Assembly (NCBI GenBank): GCA_965205275.1
Contig: OZ242168.1
Span: 1,463,276 to 1,527,275, forward strand
Direction of reading: 5' to 3'
Length of the DNA: 64,000 bases
DNA from: Gammaproteobacteria bacterium
GTDB taxonomy: Bacteria; Pseudomonadota; Gammaproteobacteria; UBA4575
The notes below the pieces were generated by a model, which was given only the letters and a program-made list of their open reading frames with translations, ran no database searches and had not been told where the DNA came from. Position 1 is the stretch's first letter. Each line of letters opens with the position of its first letter. Below, in pieces: positions 46,395-55,925 of the stretch. A program made the translations under genes and the position numbers.

Positions 46395-46985
46395 TTATAC
46401 CAGTTTGCTGAACCGCTTGTGCAAGGGGCTGGTGCGCGGGAAATGAGCCAGTAAGAATTTCATCTGATCGGCCAGTACACGGTGTCCCTGCAAATACATA
46501 TATTCGGCATGGGTGGGGGTGAACGGAATCGCCAGTAACTGCATATTGGCCTGTTCAGGGGTTTGTCCGGCCTTGTGATTATTGCAGCGCTTGCAGGCCG
46601 AAACGACGTTGTTCCAGTCATCGTGACCGCCCTGACTCAGCGGGCGCACATGATCCCGTGACAGGTCACGACGATTAAACTGTTCTCCGCAGTACAGGCA
46701 CATATTGGCATCACGCTTGAACATCGCGCGGTTATTCAATGGGGGTGTATAGCTGTCGTGCAGGGAGCGATTGCTGCCCTGCGTGGCAATAATGGAGTGC
46801 ACCTCAACTGTACTGCGAAGGCCACTGCGCGCATTGATGCCGCCACGAATGACATACAGGCGCTCCCCGCAGGTATAGGCTACCTGCTCGATATGATACA
46901 GACGCACTGCATCCTGATAGTTGACCCATTCCATAGGCATGCCGGATACATCCGTGCGCAGTATCTGTAGATTGAGATCGATCAA
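46395..46985 (-). CDS. Stand-alone HNH endonuclease
   Basis: Classic HNH/Zn-finger core CLYCGEQFNRRDLSRDHVRPLSQGGHDDWNNVVSACKRCNNHK. 196 aa. Confidence 0.75.
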   Translation of the reverse strand: MIDLNLQILRTDVSGMPMEWVNYQDAVRLYHIEQVAYTCGERLYVIRGGINARSGLRSTVEVHSIIATQGSNRSLHDSYTPPLNNRAMFKRDANMCLYCGEQFNRRDLSRDHVRPLSQGGHDDWNNVVSACKRCNNHKAGQTPEQANMQLLAIPFTPTHAEYMYLQGHRVLADQMKFLLAHFPRTSPLHKRFSKLV

Positions 46986-47316
46986 CTGGACTCTCCAGGT
47001 TCATCTTCAAGCTGTACCGTACACAACCGGTGCTGTACTTTACAAAATCAGTGCATGGGATACTACACTATTTCTACACTTGTTAAATCTGCAAATAAAA
47101 AACCTGCATCCGACAAAAAAACAATCTGCACAGGCCCGGCGGGCCCGTATCGGCCGGACTCCTGCAGGACGTGACCCTATCCGGCGGCCGGGGCATGCGG
47201 CGGGTTGAAGAAATAAAGCGGCATGAACGGGGTATCAGGCACTATTGATGTGGTTTATTCACACTTGCGGCTAACCGCTCCCTTGCAGGGGCCCGCAGAC
47301 CCTTGACTCAGACACT

Positions 47317-47337
47317 TTATCCACAGAATTGTCCACA
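47317..47337. promoter_or_regulatory. Two tandem DnaA-box-like 9-mers (TTATCCACA, TTGTCCACA) in the priA promoter region
   Basis: ctttatccacagaattgtccacag lies about 90 nt upstream of the priA ATG. A TTGACT -35-like hexamer is at 47303. Confidence 0.4.
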
Positions 47338-47427
47338 GTTTGTACCGGACAGCGGAGCCCGGTCGGCTTGCCGGCCGCTTTGGGTGGAAACAGCGGGTTG
47401 TACACCTTGGTAGACTATGCCCTGACT

Positions 47428-49632
47428 ATGTCAGCACTCCCTGTTTTAAAACTTGCCCTGCCTGTACCGCTGTATCAGTATTTTGAGTATCGGGCCCCCT
47501 CTAAGCCGGAATTTGACGACATCCAGGTCGGGGTACGCGCACGGGTGCTTTTCGGCAAACGACAACTCACAGGCATTGTAGTCGAGAAGTGTCGCGGCAC
47601 CTCCGTGGCCCCTGAAAAATTAAAAACGGTCCTGGAAATTCTGGATGCCGAACCGGTTTTTGACCCGCTATTGCAACAGTTGCTGTTCTGGGTGGCCCGC
47701 TACTACCAGCAACCCCCGGGTGAGGTCTTCAACGCAGCCCTGCCCGATGCGTTGCGCAAGGACGGGCACATCAAAGCGGCGACCCGCACGGTCTATCGGG
47801 TCTGTACGGATCAGGCGGGCGAACAGGTATTGCACCAGGCCCCTAGACAACGCCAGGCATTTGAGTTGATCCGGGCACACCCCGAAGGTCTCAGCGCCGA
47901 CGAAATTACCGCCCACATGGCGCACTGGCGCCCCTTTGTCCGTGCCCTGGTCGGCAAAAACCTGATCAAGGAAGTCACGCAGGACAGAACCCCGGAAAAA
48001 GCGCTCCATGCCGGTACGCCCCCCGTGGCACTCAATCAGGAGCAGCGACATGCCTACCACCTGATTTGCCGCAACCTTCACAAATTCGGCGCCTATCTGC
48101 TGGACGGTGTGACCGGCAGTGGCAAGACCGAGGTGTATCTGGCCCTGGCAAAAGATGTCATACGTCATGGCAGACAGGTACTGATACTTGTGCCGGAGAT
48201 CGGGCTGACGCCGCAACTGGTACAGAGAATTGAAACCCGGCTGAATGTATCGGTCGCACGGATGCATTCAGACCTGAATACAGGCGAACGCGCACGGGCA
48301 TGGCTGCAGGCCAATACAGGCAAGGCAGATATCGTTGTAGGTACCCGTTCAGCCGTTTTCCTGTCCTTCAGGAACCTTGGCCTGATCGTGGTGGACGAGG
48401 AGCACGATTTATCCTTCAAGCAACAGGAAGGGTTTTTATACAATGCACGTGATGTCGCCATCTATCGGGCCAAACAGCAGTCCATCCCGGTTGTTTTAGG
48501 CAGTGCAACACCTTCCCTGGAAAGCCAGCACAATGTCGACCTGGATCACTATCAGAGAATCATTCTGAGTAAACGTGCACAGCAGGCTGAAATCCCGCAG
48601 GTCAAATTGATCGACCTGCGCTCCAAACGGGTTACAGACGGGTTGTCCAGTGAACTGTTGCAGGCCATTGAAACCGAAATCCCGCGTGGACACCAGATTC
48701 TGCTCTTTTTGAATCGACGCGGGTACGCCCCTGTTTTGCTTTGCCATGACTGCGCCTGGACGGCAACGTGTTCCCGTTGTGATGCCCGCATGACGTTTTA
48801 TAAAAAACAGAATATCCTTAAATGCCATCATTGCCTGAAGCAGGAGAAAACGCCGGAGGCCTGCCCGCAATGCACTTCTGAAAATATACTGTTTCTGGGC
48901 GAAGGAACCCAACGGATTGAAAACAGGCTGAGGGAGGTTTTCCCCGGCGTCGCCATGGTACGCATTGATCGTGACAGCACACGCAGGAAGAATACCCTGC
49001 AGGACAAACTGGATGCGATCCGCAAGGGAGAATACCAAATCATTATTGGCACTCAGATGCTCACCAAGGGACACGACTTTCCAGGGGTCACTCTGGTCGG
49101 CATCCTGAATGTCGATCACGGATTGTTAAGCAGCGATTTCCGAGCTACGGAACGACTTGCGCAATTGATTGTGCAGGTTTCAGGCCGGGCCGGACGTTCG
49201 CAGCACAAAGGCAAGGTGTTGTTGCAGACCTATCAGCCTGAGCACCCTTTGCTTAACTGCCTGCTGGCGCGCGGGTATCAGGATTTTTCCAGAGAGGTCC
49301 TCAAACAGCGTGAAAGCTGTGCTTTGCCACCTTATACTTTCATGCTGCTGATGCGCGCACGTGCACATCAGCAAAATCTGGTTCACCGGTTTTTACGGGA
49401 CGTCAAATCTTCAATGCAGCGTTCCGGCGCATCCGGATTGAATCTGTTCGGACCCATTCCTGCAAACCTGGAACGCAAGGCCGGTATGTATCAAAGCCAG
49501 CTGGTCGTCATCGCCTCGAACAGAAATGCCATACAAAGACATCTGGCACAGTGGGCCGGGATGATTCAGCAGCACCCGCTTGCAAAGCGTGTGCGCTGGA
49601 ACCTTGAAGTGGACCCGCTTGAAACAGCCTGA
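47428..49632 (+). CDS. priA: Primosomal protein N' (replication restart helicase PriA)
   Basis: Walker A GVTGSGKTEVYL, DEEH box and a Cys-rich zinc-binding region (CHDC...CSRC...CHHC...CPQC). The start was moved to 47428. Confidence 0.9.
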   Translation: MSALPVLKLALPVPLYQYFEYRAPSKPEFDDIQVGVRARVLFGKRQLTGIVVEKCRGTSVAPEKLKTVLEILDAEPVFDPLLQQLLFWVARYYQQPPGEVFNAALPDALRKDGHIKAATRTVYRVCTDQAGEQVLHQAPRQRQAFELIRAHPEGLSADEITAHMAHWRPFVRALVGKNLIKEVTQDRTPEKALHAGTPPVALNQEQRHAYHLICRNLHKFGAYLLDGVTGSGKTEVYLALAKDVIRHGRQVLILVPEIGLTPQLVQRIETRLNVSVARMHSDLNTGERARAWLQANTGKADIVVGTRSAVFLSFRNLGLIVVDEEHDLSFKQQEGFLYNARDVAIYRAKQQSIPVVLGSATPSLESQHNVDLDHYQRIILSKRAQQAEIPQVKLIDLRSKRVTDGLSSELLQAIETEIPRGHQILLFLNRRGYAPVLLCHDCAWTATCSRCDARMTFYKKQNILKCHHCLKQEKTPEACPQCTSENILFLGEGTQRIENRLREVFPGVAMVRIDRDSTRRKNTLQDKLDAIRKGEYQIIIGTQMLTKGHDFPGVTLVGILNVDHGLLSSDFRATERLAQLIVQVSGRAGRSQHKGKVLLQTYQPEHPLLNCLLARGYQDFSREVLKQRESCALPPYTFMLLMRARAHQQNLVHRFLRDVKSSMQRSGASGLNLFGPIPANLERKAGMYQSQLVVIASNRNAIQRHLAQWAGMIQQHPLAKRVRWNLEVDPLETA

Positions 49633-49832
49633 TCCATTACATTCAGAAAGGATATTGCAAGGCTCGCACGCACGCTCAAACCTGAGATCACCCAAAGGGC
49701 CACAGGACGGGTTTGCGTTTTCACCAAAAGACGAAAATCAAAGAAGCGTAAAGTTCGGCGCTCCTTAAATTTAGTGCAGGGTCTTTAATTTGGGTACAAT
49801 GCAGCCTGCCACAAAGAACTACCCTTTTATTC

Positions 49833-51584
49833 ATGCAAGCCCGAATCTCGAAACTGCTGGCGACTGCGGTATCCAGCTTACAAACCGCAGGAGATTTGCC
49901 TGCAGACATGGACACGGATATTCATGTTACCCGCAGTAAAGACAAGACCCATGGTGACTTTGCTTCCAACCTGGCGCTTCGGTTATCCAAATCTGTCAAT
50001 GTGCCTGCACAGGTGCTGGCCGAAAATATTGCCGCACATATTCCTGAGGACTCCAGCCTTGCAAAAATTGAAATTGCAGGCCCCGGATTCATCAATTTTT
50101 ATGTGCGTGCCAGTCTTGAGGCTGAAATACTGAACCGGATCCTTCATGAAAAAGACCGTTTCGGTCATAACCGAACATCTGCAAACAGGAAAATACTGAT
50201 AGAATTTGTTTCTGCAAATCCTACCGGGCCTTTACATGTTGGTCATGGACGGGGGGCGGCATACGGGGCCACCATTGCCAATCTGCTTGAAGCCACCGGC
50301 AATGAGGTACAGCGCGAATACTACGTAAACGATGCCGGCCGCCAGGTGGATATCCTGACCGTTTCCGTATGGCTCAGGTACCTGGAACTGTGTGGACAAA
50401 CCCTGCGCTTTCCGGACAATGCCTATCAGGGCGACTATATATGGGATATCGCAGCCTCTGTGCACCGTGAATTCAAGGATGCATTTCTGCACCCGGCAGA
50501 GACCTGGAAGCTGTCGGCCTGCGAAAGTCATAACGGGCAGACCGATGCGGAAGCCTGTATCGATGCGATGATCGGTAAAGCCAGGGAACTGCTCACGGAA
50601 GAGGAGTACAAAACCCTGCTCGGCTGTGCACGCGATACCCTCACCCAGGATATCAGGGACGATCTGGAGCGGTTTGCGGTCACTTTCGACCGATGGTATT
50701 CGGAGCAGTCCCTGACCCAGAACCGGGTACAGGCCGTGCTTGATACCCTGGCGGCAGGCGGGCACACCTACCGAAAAGACGGTGCCTTGTGGTTCAGCAG
50801 TACGGCATTCGGTGATGAAAAAGACCGGGTACTGGTACGCGAAAACGGCAAGGTGACCTATTTTACTTCCGACATTGCCTATCATCTGGACAAGTATGAA
50901 CGCGGCTACGACCGGTTGATCAATATATGGGGAGCCGACCATCATGGCTATATTGCGCGGGTACAGGCCGCCATGCAGGCACTGGGCAAAGACCCGGAAC
51001 ATTTGCGGATCCTGCTGGTGCAATTTGCCAGTCTTTATGAAGACGGTAAAAAACTCGCCATGTCCACCCGCTCTGGAGAATTCGTTACCCTGCGACAACT
51101 GCGCAAACAGGTCGGCAAGGATGCCGCGCGCTTTTTCTATGTGATGCGAAGGTGTGAGCAGCATCTGGATTTTGATCTGGACCTGGCCACCTCGAAGACA
51201 CAGGATAATCCCGTCTATTACGTGCAGTATGCGCATGCCAGAATCTGCAGCATCCTGAAACAGGCTGATCCTCCACTACAGGATGACGGATTGATCGAGG
51301 CAAACGCTGAACCCCTGGTTCAGGAACAGGAAAAAAACCTGATAAAAGTACTGGCCCAGTTCCCGGAAAACGTACAGACGGCAGCGGATCAGCTTGCGCC
51401 CCATATTATTGTCAGGTACTTGCGTAACCTTGCCAATTCCTTTCACAGCTTCTATAGCGCTCATCAGGTCCTGGCGGGGGATTCCACAATACGAAAGGCA
51501 CGTCTCAAGCTGGTCCGGGCTACACAGATTGTGCTGAATAATGGCTTGACCTTGCTTGATGTAAGCGCACCGGAACATATGTAG
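49833..51584 (+). CDS. argS: Arginine--tRNA ligase
   Basis: Class I HIGH motif (PTGPLHVGHGRGA), a KMSK-like motif and a DALR anticodon-binding domain. Confidence 0.95.
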   Translation: MQARISKLLATAVSSLQTAGDLPADMDTDIHVTRSKDKTHGDFASNLALRLSKSVNVPAQVLAENIAAHIPEDSSLAKIEIAGPGFINFYVRASLEAEILNRILHEKDRFGHNRTSANRKILIEFVSANPTGPLHVGHGRGAAYGATIANLLEATGNEVQREYYVNDAGRQVDILTVSVWLRYLELCGQTLRFPDNAYQGDYIWDIAASVHREFKDAFLHPAETWKLSACESHNGQTDAEACIDAMIGKARELLTEEEYKTLLGCARDTLTQDIRDDLERFAVTFDRWYSEQSLTQNRVQAVLDTLAAGGHTYRKDGALWFSSTAFGDEKDRVLVRENGKVTYFTSDIAYHLDKYERGYDRLINIWGADHHGYIARVQAAMQALGKDPEHLRILLVQFASLYEDGKKLAMSTRSGEFVTLRQLRKQVGKDAARFFYVMRRCEQHLDFDLDLATSKTQDNPVYYVQYAHARICSILKQADPPLQDDGLIEANAEPLVQEQEKNLIKVLAQFPENVQTAADQLAPHIIVRYLRNLANSFHSFYSAHQVLAGDSTIRKARLKLVRATQIVLNNGLTLLDVSAPEHM

Positions 51585-51591
51585 CGTACCT

Positions 51592-52131
51592 ATGGTCGCA
51601 AGAAAAAAACGAAAACCCGCCAGGTCTGCCAGACTCCTGCCCGCCTGGGGCTGGTGGGTGCTTGGAGTCGTTACAGGAGTCGGTATTGCCATGCTGATCG
51701 ACATTGATGGCTGGTATGCCGACAAGACACAAACCCGGGCAGGCGCGCAGGAGGCCGCAAAAGCGGCCCCCCCGCCAAAACGAAATTTCGATTTCTATAC
51801 GCTGTTGCCCGAACTGGAGATCATCATCCCGCAAGAAGAAATCGACCCGCAAGGCAGGCGGCCTCTCAAACCGGACAGTCCCCCTCCTACGCACCAGGGT
51901 GGATATTTACTGCAGGCGGGTTCATTCAGGCACTTTAACGAAGCCGACAGTCTCAAGGCGCGTCTGGCATTACTGGGTATCGAGGCTCACATTCAATCGG
52001 TAGCGGTCAACAACACAAAATGGCACCGGGTCCGTATTGGACCCTCGAATGACCGGCCAGCACTGGAGCAAACACGCACACGCTTGCGCACCCATCAGAT
52101 TGACACGATATTAATGCAGGCGAAACGGTAG
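51592..52131 (+). CDS. SPOR-domain cell-division protein (DedD/FtsN-like)
   Basis: N-terminal TM anchor, Pro-rich linker and a C-terminal SPOR domain (GGYLLQAGSFRHFNEADSLKARLALLGIEAHI...WHRVRIGP). Confidence 0.7.
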   Translation: MVARKKRKPARSARLLPAWGWWVLGVVTGVGIAMLIDIDGWYADKTQTRAGAQEAAKAAPPPKRNFDFYTLLPELEIIIPQEEIDPQGRRPLKPDSPPPTHQGGYLLQAGSFRHFNEADSLKARLALLGIEAHIQSVAVNNTKWHRVRIGPSNDRPALEQTRTRLRTHQIDTILMQAKR

Positions 52132-52179
52132 CCCCGGCCGGAGTCGAAGCGCGCGCGCACCGGTATCCTGCACTGCAGT

Positions 52180-53994
52180 TTACTTTGCCAGGGAGGCATA
52201 CAGGGCCTCTATATCCTCTGTAAACCGCTTTACAAGCTGTGTCCTTCTGATTTTTAATGTCGGAGTAAGCAACCCGTTTTCAATCGTCCACGGCTCCAGA
52301 TACATCCCTGCCCTGCGCACCTGGGCATACCCGGGAAATTCCTTCAGGCAATCCGTCAGGCGCCGCAGCACATATTTATGCACAGCCGCTTGCCGCAGGC
52401 TTTCCGGTGCCTGACTGTCGAGCTTCAGGTCTTTGGCAAGCATTTTCCACTCCATCTCATTCAGTACCAGAAGCGCCGACAGAAAAGGCCGGCCTTCTCC
52501 CAGTATCATGGCCTGGTCAAACAGGGGATCGGCACACATTGCAGTTTCCATGTCCTGGGGCGGTACTTTCTCCGCATTCGCCAGAACGATAATGTCCTTG
52601 ACCCGGCCCGTGATATACAGATACCCCTCATCACTGATATGCACGATGTCGCCGGTGTGTAACCAGCCTTCGGAGTCAATGACCTGTTCGGTAGCCTGTT
52701 GATTATTGTAGTACCCCAGCATCACACAATCGCTGCGCGTGCACAGCTCACCTTCTTCGGTAAGCCTGACCTCGAGATCCGGCAACGCCTTGCCTATACT
52801 GAAAGGATCATTGCTGCCTTGCCGGCCCACACTGATAACAGGACTGTTTTCTGTCATCCCGTAACCCTGATACACCGGAACGCCAAGGCTGACAAAAAAC
52901 CTTGTGATTGTTTTGTCCAGTGCCGCACCGCCGACAATCGCATACCGCAACCTTCCGCCCAGCCTTTGATTGATTTTCCTGGCTACCAGATAGTCCAGCA
53001 GCGGCCACGCCAGCAGGCTCCAGTGCCAGCCAGCATGGCCGGATTCCAGCTCAAAACGTCGCCAGCCGACTTGCTGTGCCCAGGCAAACACTTTTTTCCT
53101 GAAAGAAGATTGCCGGGCCATCTGGCTTGAAATTTTTGCATACATCATTTCGTAAATTCGCGGCACCGACACAAATATGGTTGGACGAACCTCCTGTATG
53201 TCTTCTGCCAGATGCTGGATTGAACGGGCAAAACATACTTTTGAGCTGGCCATCATTGGCATGAAACAGCCCGACGAGCGCTCCAGTGCATGCGATAAAG
53301 GCAAAAAAGATAAAAACACATCCTGTTCGGAGAAATCTGCACACTGCAAAGCGGCGTAGGCATTGGAAAGTATGTTTCGATGACTGAGCATGACGCCTTT
53401 GGGGCGCCCCGTTGTACCTGAGGTATAGACAATCGTGGCAAGCTCACTGCTGTCCAGGGGAACCTGTCTGTATTCGCCATTCAAATCACTGTCCAGCCAG
53501 GCCTGCATGGATATCAGCCGGGGATCGTGATCATCGGCTTGGGTCACCGGGGCAACGCTGATCACGCATTGCAATGCCTGACGGGTGCTTTTGATTTGCG
53601 ACAGTTGCCGCCACTGGCGCAGGTTCTGAACAAGCAGTACCTTTATGCCTGCATCCTGAATAATATAGGCTGCGTTTTCAGCCCGGTCGTTCGTATACAG
53701 AGGTACCGTAACCAGACCCAGACCCAGTGCAGCCATATCGAACATGACCCATTCCGGGCAGTTGCGCAGCATAATGGCAATGCGGTCACCTCTGGCAACC
53801 GGTTCATTTTGTAGCGCTGCCTGGACCCTTGCCGTATACTGGGCGACCTGTTGCCAAGTCAAACTTTCCCAGACCTGTTTTTCATCATTGTAGAAACCAT
53901 AGGCCTGTGAATGCGGAGAACGCATCACACGCTCACAGAGCAGACCCGGCAAGGTCAATGCAACTTCTGGAGCAATGTAGTCAGTCTTATTCAT
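52180..53994 (-). CDS. Long-chain acyl-CoA synthetase (AMP-dependent synthetase/ligase)
   Basis: AMP-binding motif YTSGTTGRPKGVMLSHRN. 604 aa. Confidence 0.85.
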   Translation of the reverse strand: MNKTDYIAPEVALTLPGLLCERVMRSPHSQAYGFYNDEKQVWESLTWQQVAQYTARVQAALQNEPVARGDRIAIMLRNCPEWVMFDMAALGLGLVTVPLYTNDRAENAAYIIQDAGIKVLLVQNLRQWRQLSQIKSTRQALQCVISVAPVTQADDHDPRLISMQAWLDSDLNGEYRQVPLDSSELATIVYTSGTTGRPKGVMLSHRNILSNAYAALQCADFSEQDVFLSFLPLSHALERSSGCFMPMMASSKVCFARSIQHLAEDIQEVRPTIFVSVPRIYEMMYAKISSQMARQSSFRKKVFAWAQQVGWRRFELESGHAGWHWSLLAWPLLDYLVARKINQRLGGRLRYAIVGGAALDKTITRFFVSLGVPVYQGYGMTENSPVISVGRQGSNDPFSIGKALPDLEVRLTEEGELCTRSDCVMLGYYNNQQATEQVIDSEGWLHTGDIVHISDEGYLYITGRVKDIIVLANAEKVPPQDMETAMCADPLFDQAMILGEGRPFLSALLVLNEMEWKMLAKDLKLDSQAPESLRQAAVHKYVLRRLTDCLKEFPGYAQVRRAGMYLEPWTIENGLLTPTLKIRRTQLVKRFTEDIEALYASLAK

Positions 53995-54172
53995 TCAGAA
54001 ACAGGCGATCATCATGCAGGCCGCTGTACTGTGCATGGGAAACGGCATTACGATTACTTTCCCCTATGGCAATCATTCTACACTGTACAAAACTTTTGGA
54101 GTCCGGTGTCTGGGCTTGATTTACGCCTTTTACCCCTTTATATATGAATATACGTAAACCTTGTATTTGAAC

Positions 54173-55222
54173 ATGCCAGATACATCATTTGAAACTGCAA
54201 TACCCCTGCAAGGCATTCCTGAAACAGCGATCATCCAGTCAGGCCTGCCGGTTTACACTGCGCAGCAGGAAAAAGAAAAAATTGCCCGCATTAAACACCT
54301 GCTCAAAAAAGAAAATGCAGTACTGATTGCACACTATTACACCCATGAAACCCTGCAAAGGGTCGCTGAAGAAACCGGAGGCTATGTTTCCGACTCACTG
54401 GAAATGGCGCGTTTTGGCAGCCGCCATGACGCTACAACGCTGATCGTTGTCGGGGTTCGCTTTATGGGCGAAACCGCAAAAATACTGAACCCGGAAAAGC
54501 GGGTCCTGATGCCTACGCTGGAGGCAACCTGTTCACTTGATCTGGGGTGCCCTGCCCGCGAATTCAGTGAGTTCTGCGACCTGCATCCGGACTATGAAGT
54601 CGTCGTTTATGCCAATACAAGTGCCGAGGTCAAGGCGCGTGCGGACTGGGCAGTCACTTCAAGCATTGCGGTAAAAGTGGTTTCCCATTTAATGGATCAG
54701 GATAAAAAAATTCTTTGGGCCCCTGACCGACACTTGGGTCGTTACATTGAAAAAGTGACGGGCGCAGACATGATCTCATGGCAAGGGGCCTGTGTCGTGC
54801 ATGAAGAGTTCAAGGCACGTGCACTGGGAGACCTGATGGCACAACACCCGGACGCCGGTATTCTGGTACACCCCGAATCCCCTGAGGCAGTCATTGAAGC
54901 TGCGGATGTGGTCGGTTCAACCACGGCCCTGATCAAGGCAGCCAAAGAACTGCCACACCCGTCATTCATTGTGGCCACCGACAATCGTATTTTCTACAAA
55001 ATGAAAAAAGCGGCACCGGACAAGATTTTTATCGAGGCCCCCACTGCCGGAGAAGGTGCTACCTGCAAAAGCTGCGCACATTGTCCGTGGATGGCCATGA
55101 ATGGCCTGCACAATCTTGAAGCGGTGTTGGAATCCGGTGAGAACGAGATTTTCGTGGAGGAAGAAATACGCAGGAAGGCGTATCGCTCAAGCCGCCGTAT
55201 GCTGGATTTTATGGCCCATTAA
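54173..55222 (+). CDS. nadA: Quinolinate synthase A
   Basis: Near-colinear match to canonical NadA, e.g. [35 protein letters not shown] and [25 protein letters not shown]. Confidence 0.9.
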   Translation: MPDTSFETAIPLQGIPETAIIQSGLPVYTAQQEKEKIARIKHLLKKENAVLIAHYYTHETLQRVAEETGGYVSDSLEMARFGSRHDATTLIVVGVRFMGETAKILNPEKRVLMPTLEATCSLDLGCPAREFSEFCDLHPDYEVVVYANTSAEVKARADWAVTSSIAVKVVSHLMDQDKKILWAPDRHLGRYIEKVTGADMISWQGACVVHEEFKARALGDLMAQHPDAGILVHPESPEAVIEAADVVGSTTALIKAAKELPHPSFIVATDNRIFYKMKKAAPDKIFIEAPTAGEGATCKSCAHCPWMAMNGLHNLEAVLESGENEIFVEEEIRRKAYRSSRRMLDFMAH

Positions 55223-55294
55223 AAGATTGCAAAAAACAGTCCTGCTGCCTTGTATCCGTGCCCATGCATGGACCCCTCCAGACCGTACCCTTTT

Positions 55295-55657
55295 TTACCC
55301 CGCCCCATCATCCCCCGGTTGCACGAAATCTGACTCAGGCTTCAGGAGAGTTTTCTGCCCGGCACTTTGTTGTGGTTCATACAGGTGTGAAGCCCACACA
55401 ATCGAGGTGGTTACCAGACCTGCAATCAGCAGTGCAGCGAGTTGCGCCGGTATCCATGGCTTTGCCAGACGCCTTTGCAAAATCCAGTAAAAAATCCAGC
55501 TGGAGAGTACGAAGACCAGAAAACCAAACCAGTAGGTGGCTACGAAAACAGAATCTATCCGCTCATGTTCGCCATGGATCAGTTGTATGAACAACCAGCC
55601 ACCGGCTCCTGAAAAAGGGATGCAGACAGCACTATGCAGGACAAAGCCTTTTGTCAT
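55295..55657 (-). CDS. Hypothetical membrane protein (about 4 TM helices)
   Basis: 120-aa hydrophobic ORF with no recognised family. Confidence 0.35.
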   Translation of the reverse strand: MTKGFVLHSAVCIPFSGAGGWLFIQLIHGEHERIDSVFVATYWFGFLVFVLSSWIFYWILQRRLAKPWIPAQLAALLIAGLVTTSIVWASHLYEPQQSAGQKTLLKPESDFVQPGDDGAG

Positions 55658-55676
55658 AAACGGGAAACTGAAACGG

Positions 55677-55925
55677 CTATCCGGTCAGTGTGTGGTGTTG
55701 TGGGGGCATGTGTAAATAATAGCCATGTTCATTCAAATTAGCCATGACCTGCCTGGCATCAGCCTGCGCAAGGGTACGGTGCTCTGTCAGCTCAAACTCC
55801 AGCACAAAACCAGGCTCGCCAAAAAGGGCCAACAGTTCGTCCGGAAGGATATCAAAGCGGTCTTTCACACCCAGGTAAAGGAAGGTGTCCGCTTTTTTAA
55901 AGCTCTTGTAGGCATAACATTTCAT
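55677..55925 (-). CDS. ycgL: YcgL-domain protein
   Basis: MKCYAYKSFKKADTFLYLGVKDRFDILPDELLALFGEP matches the YcgL family pattern. Confidence 0.7.
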   Translation of the reverse strand: MKCYAYKSFKKADTFLYLGVKDRFDILPDELLALFGEPGFVLEFELTEHRTLAQADARQVMANLNEHGYYLHMPPQHHTLTG

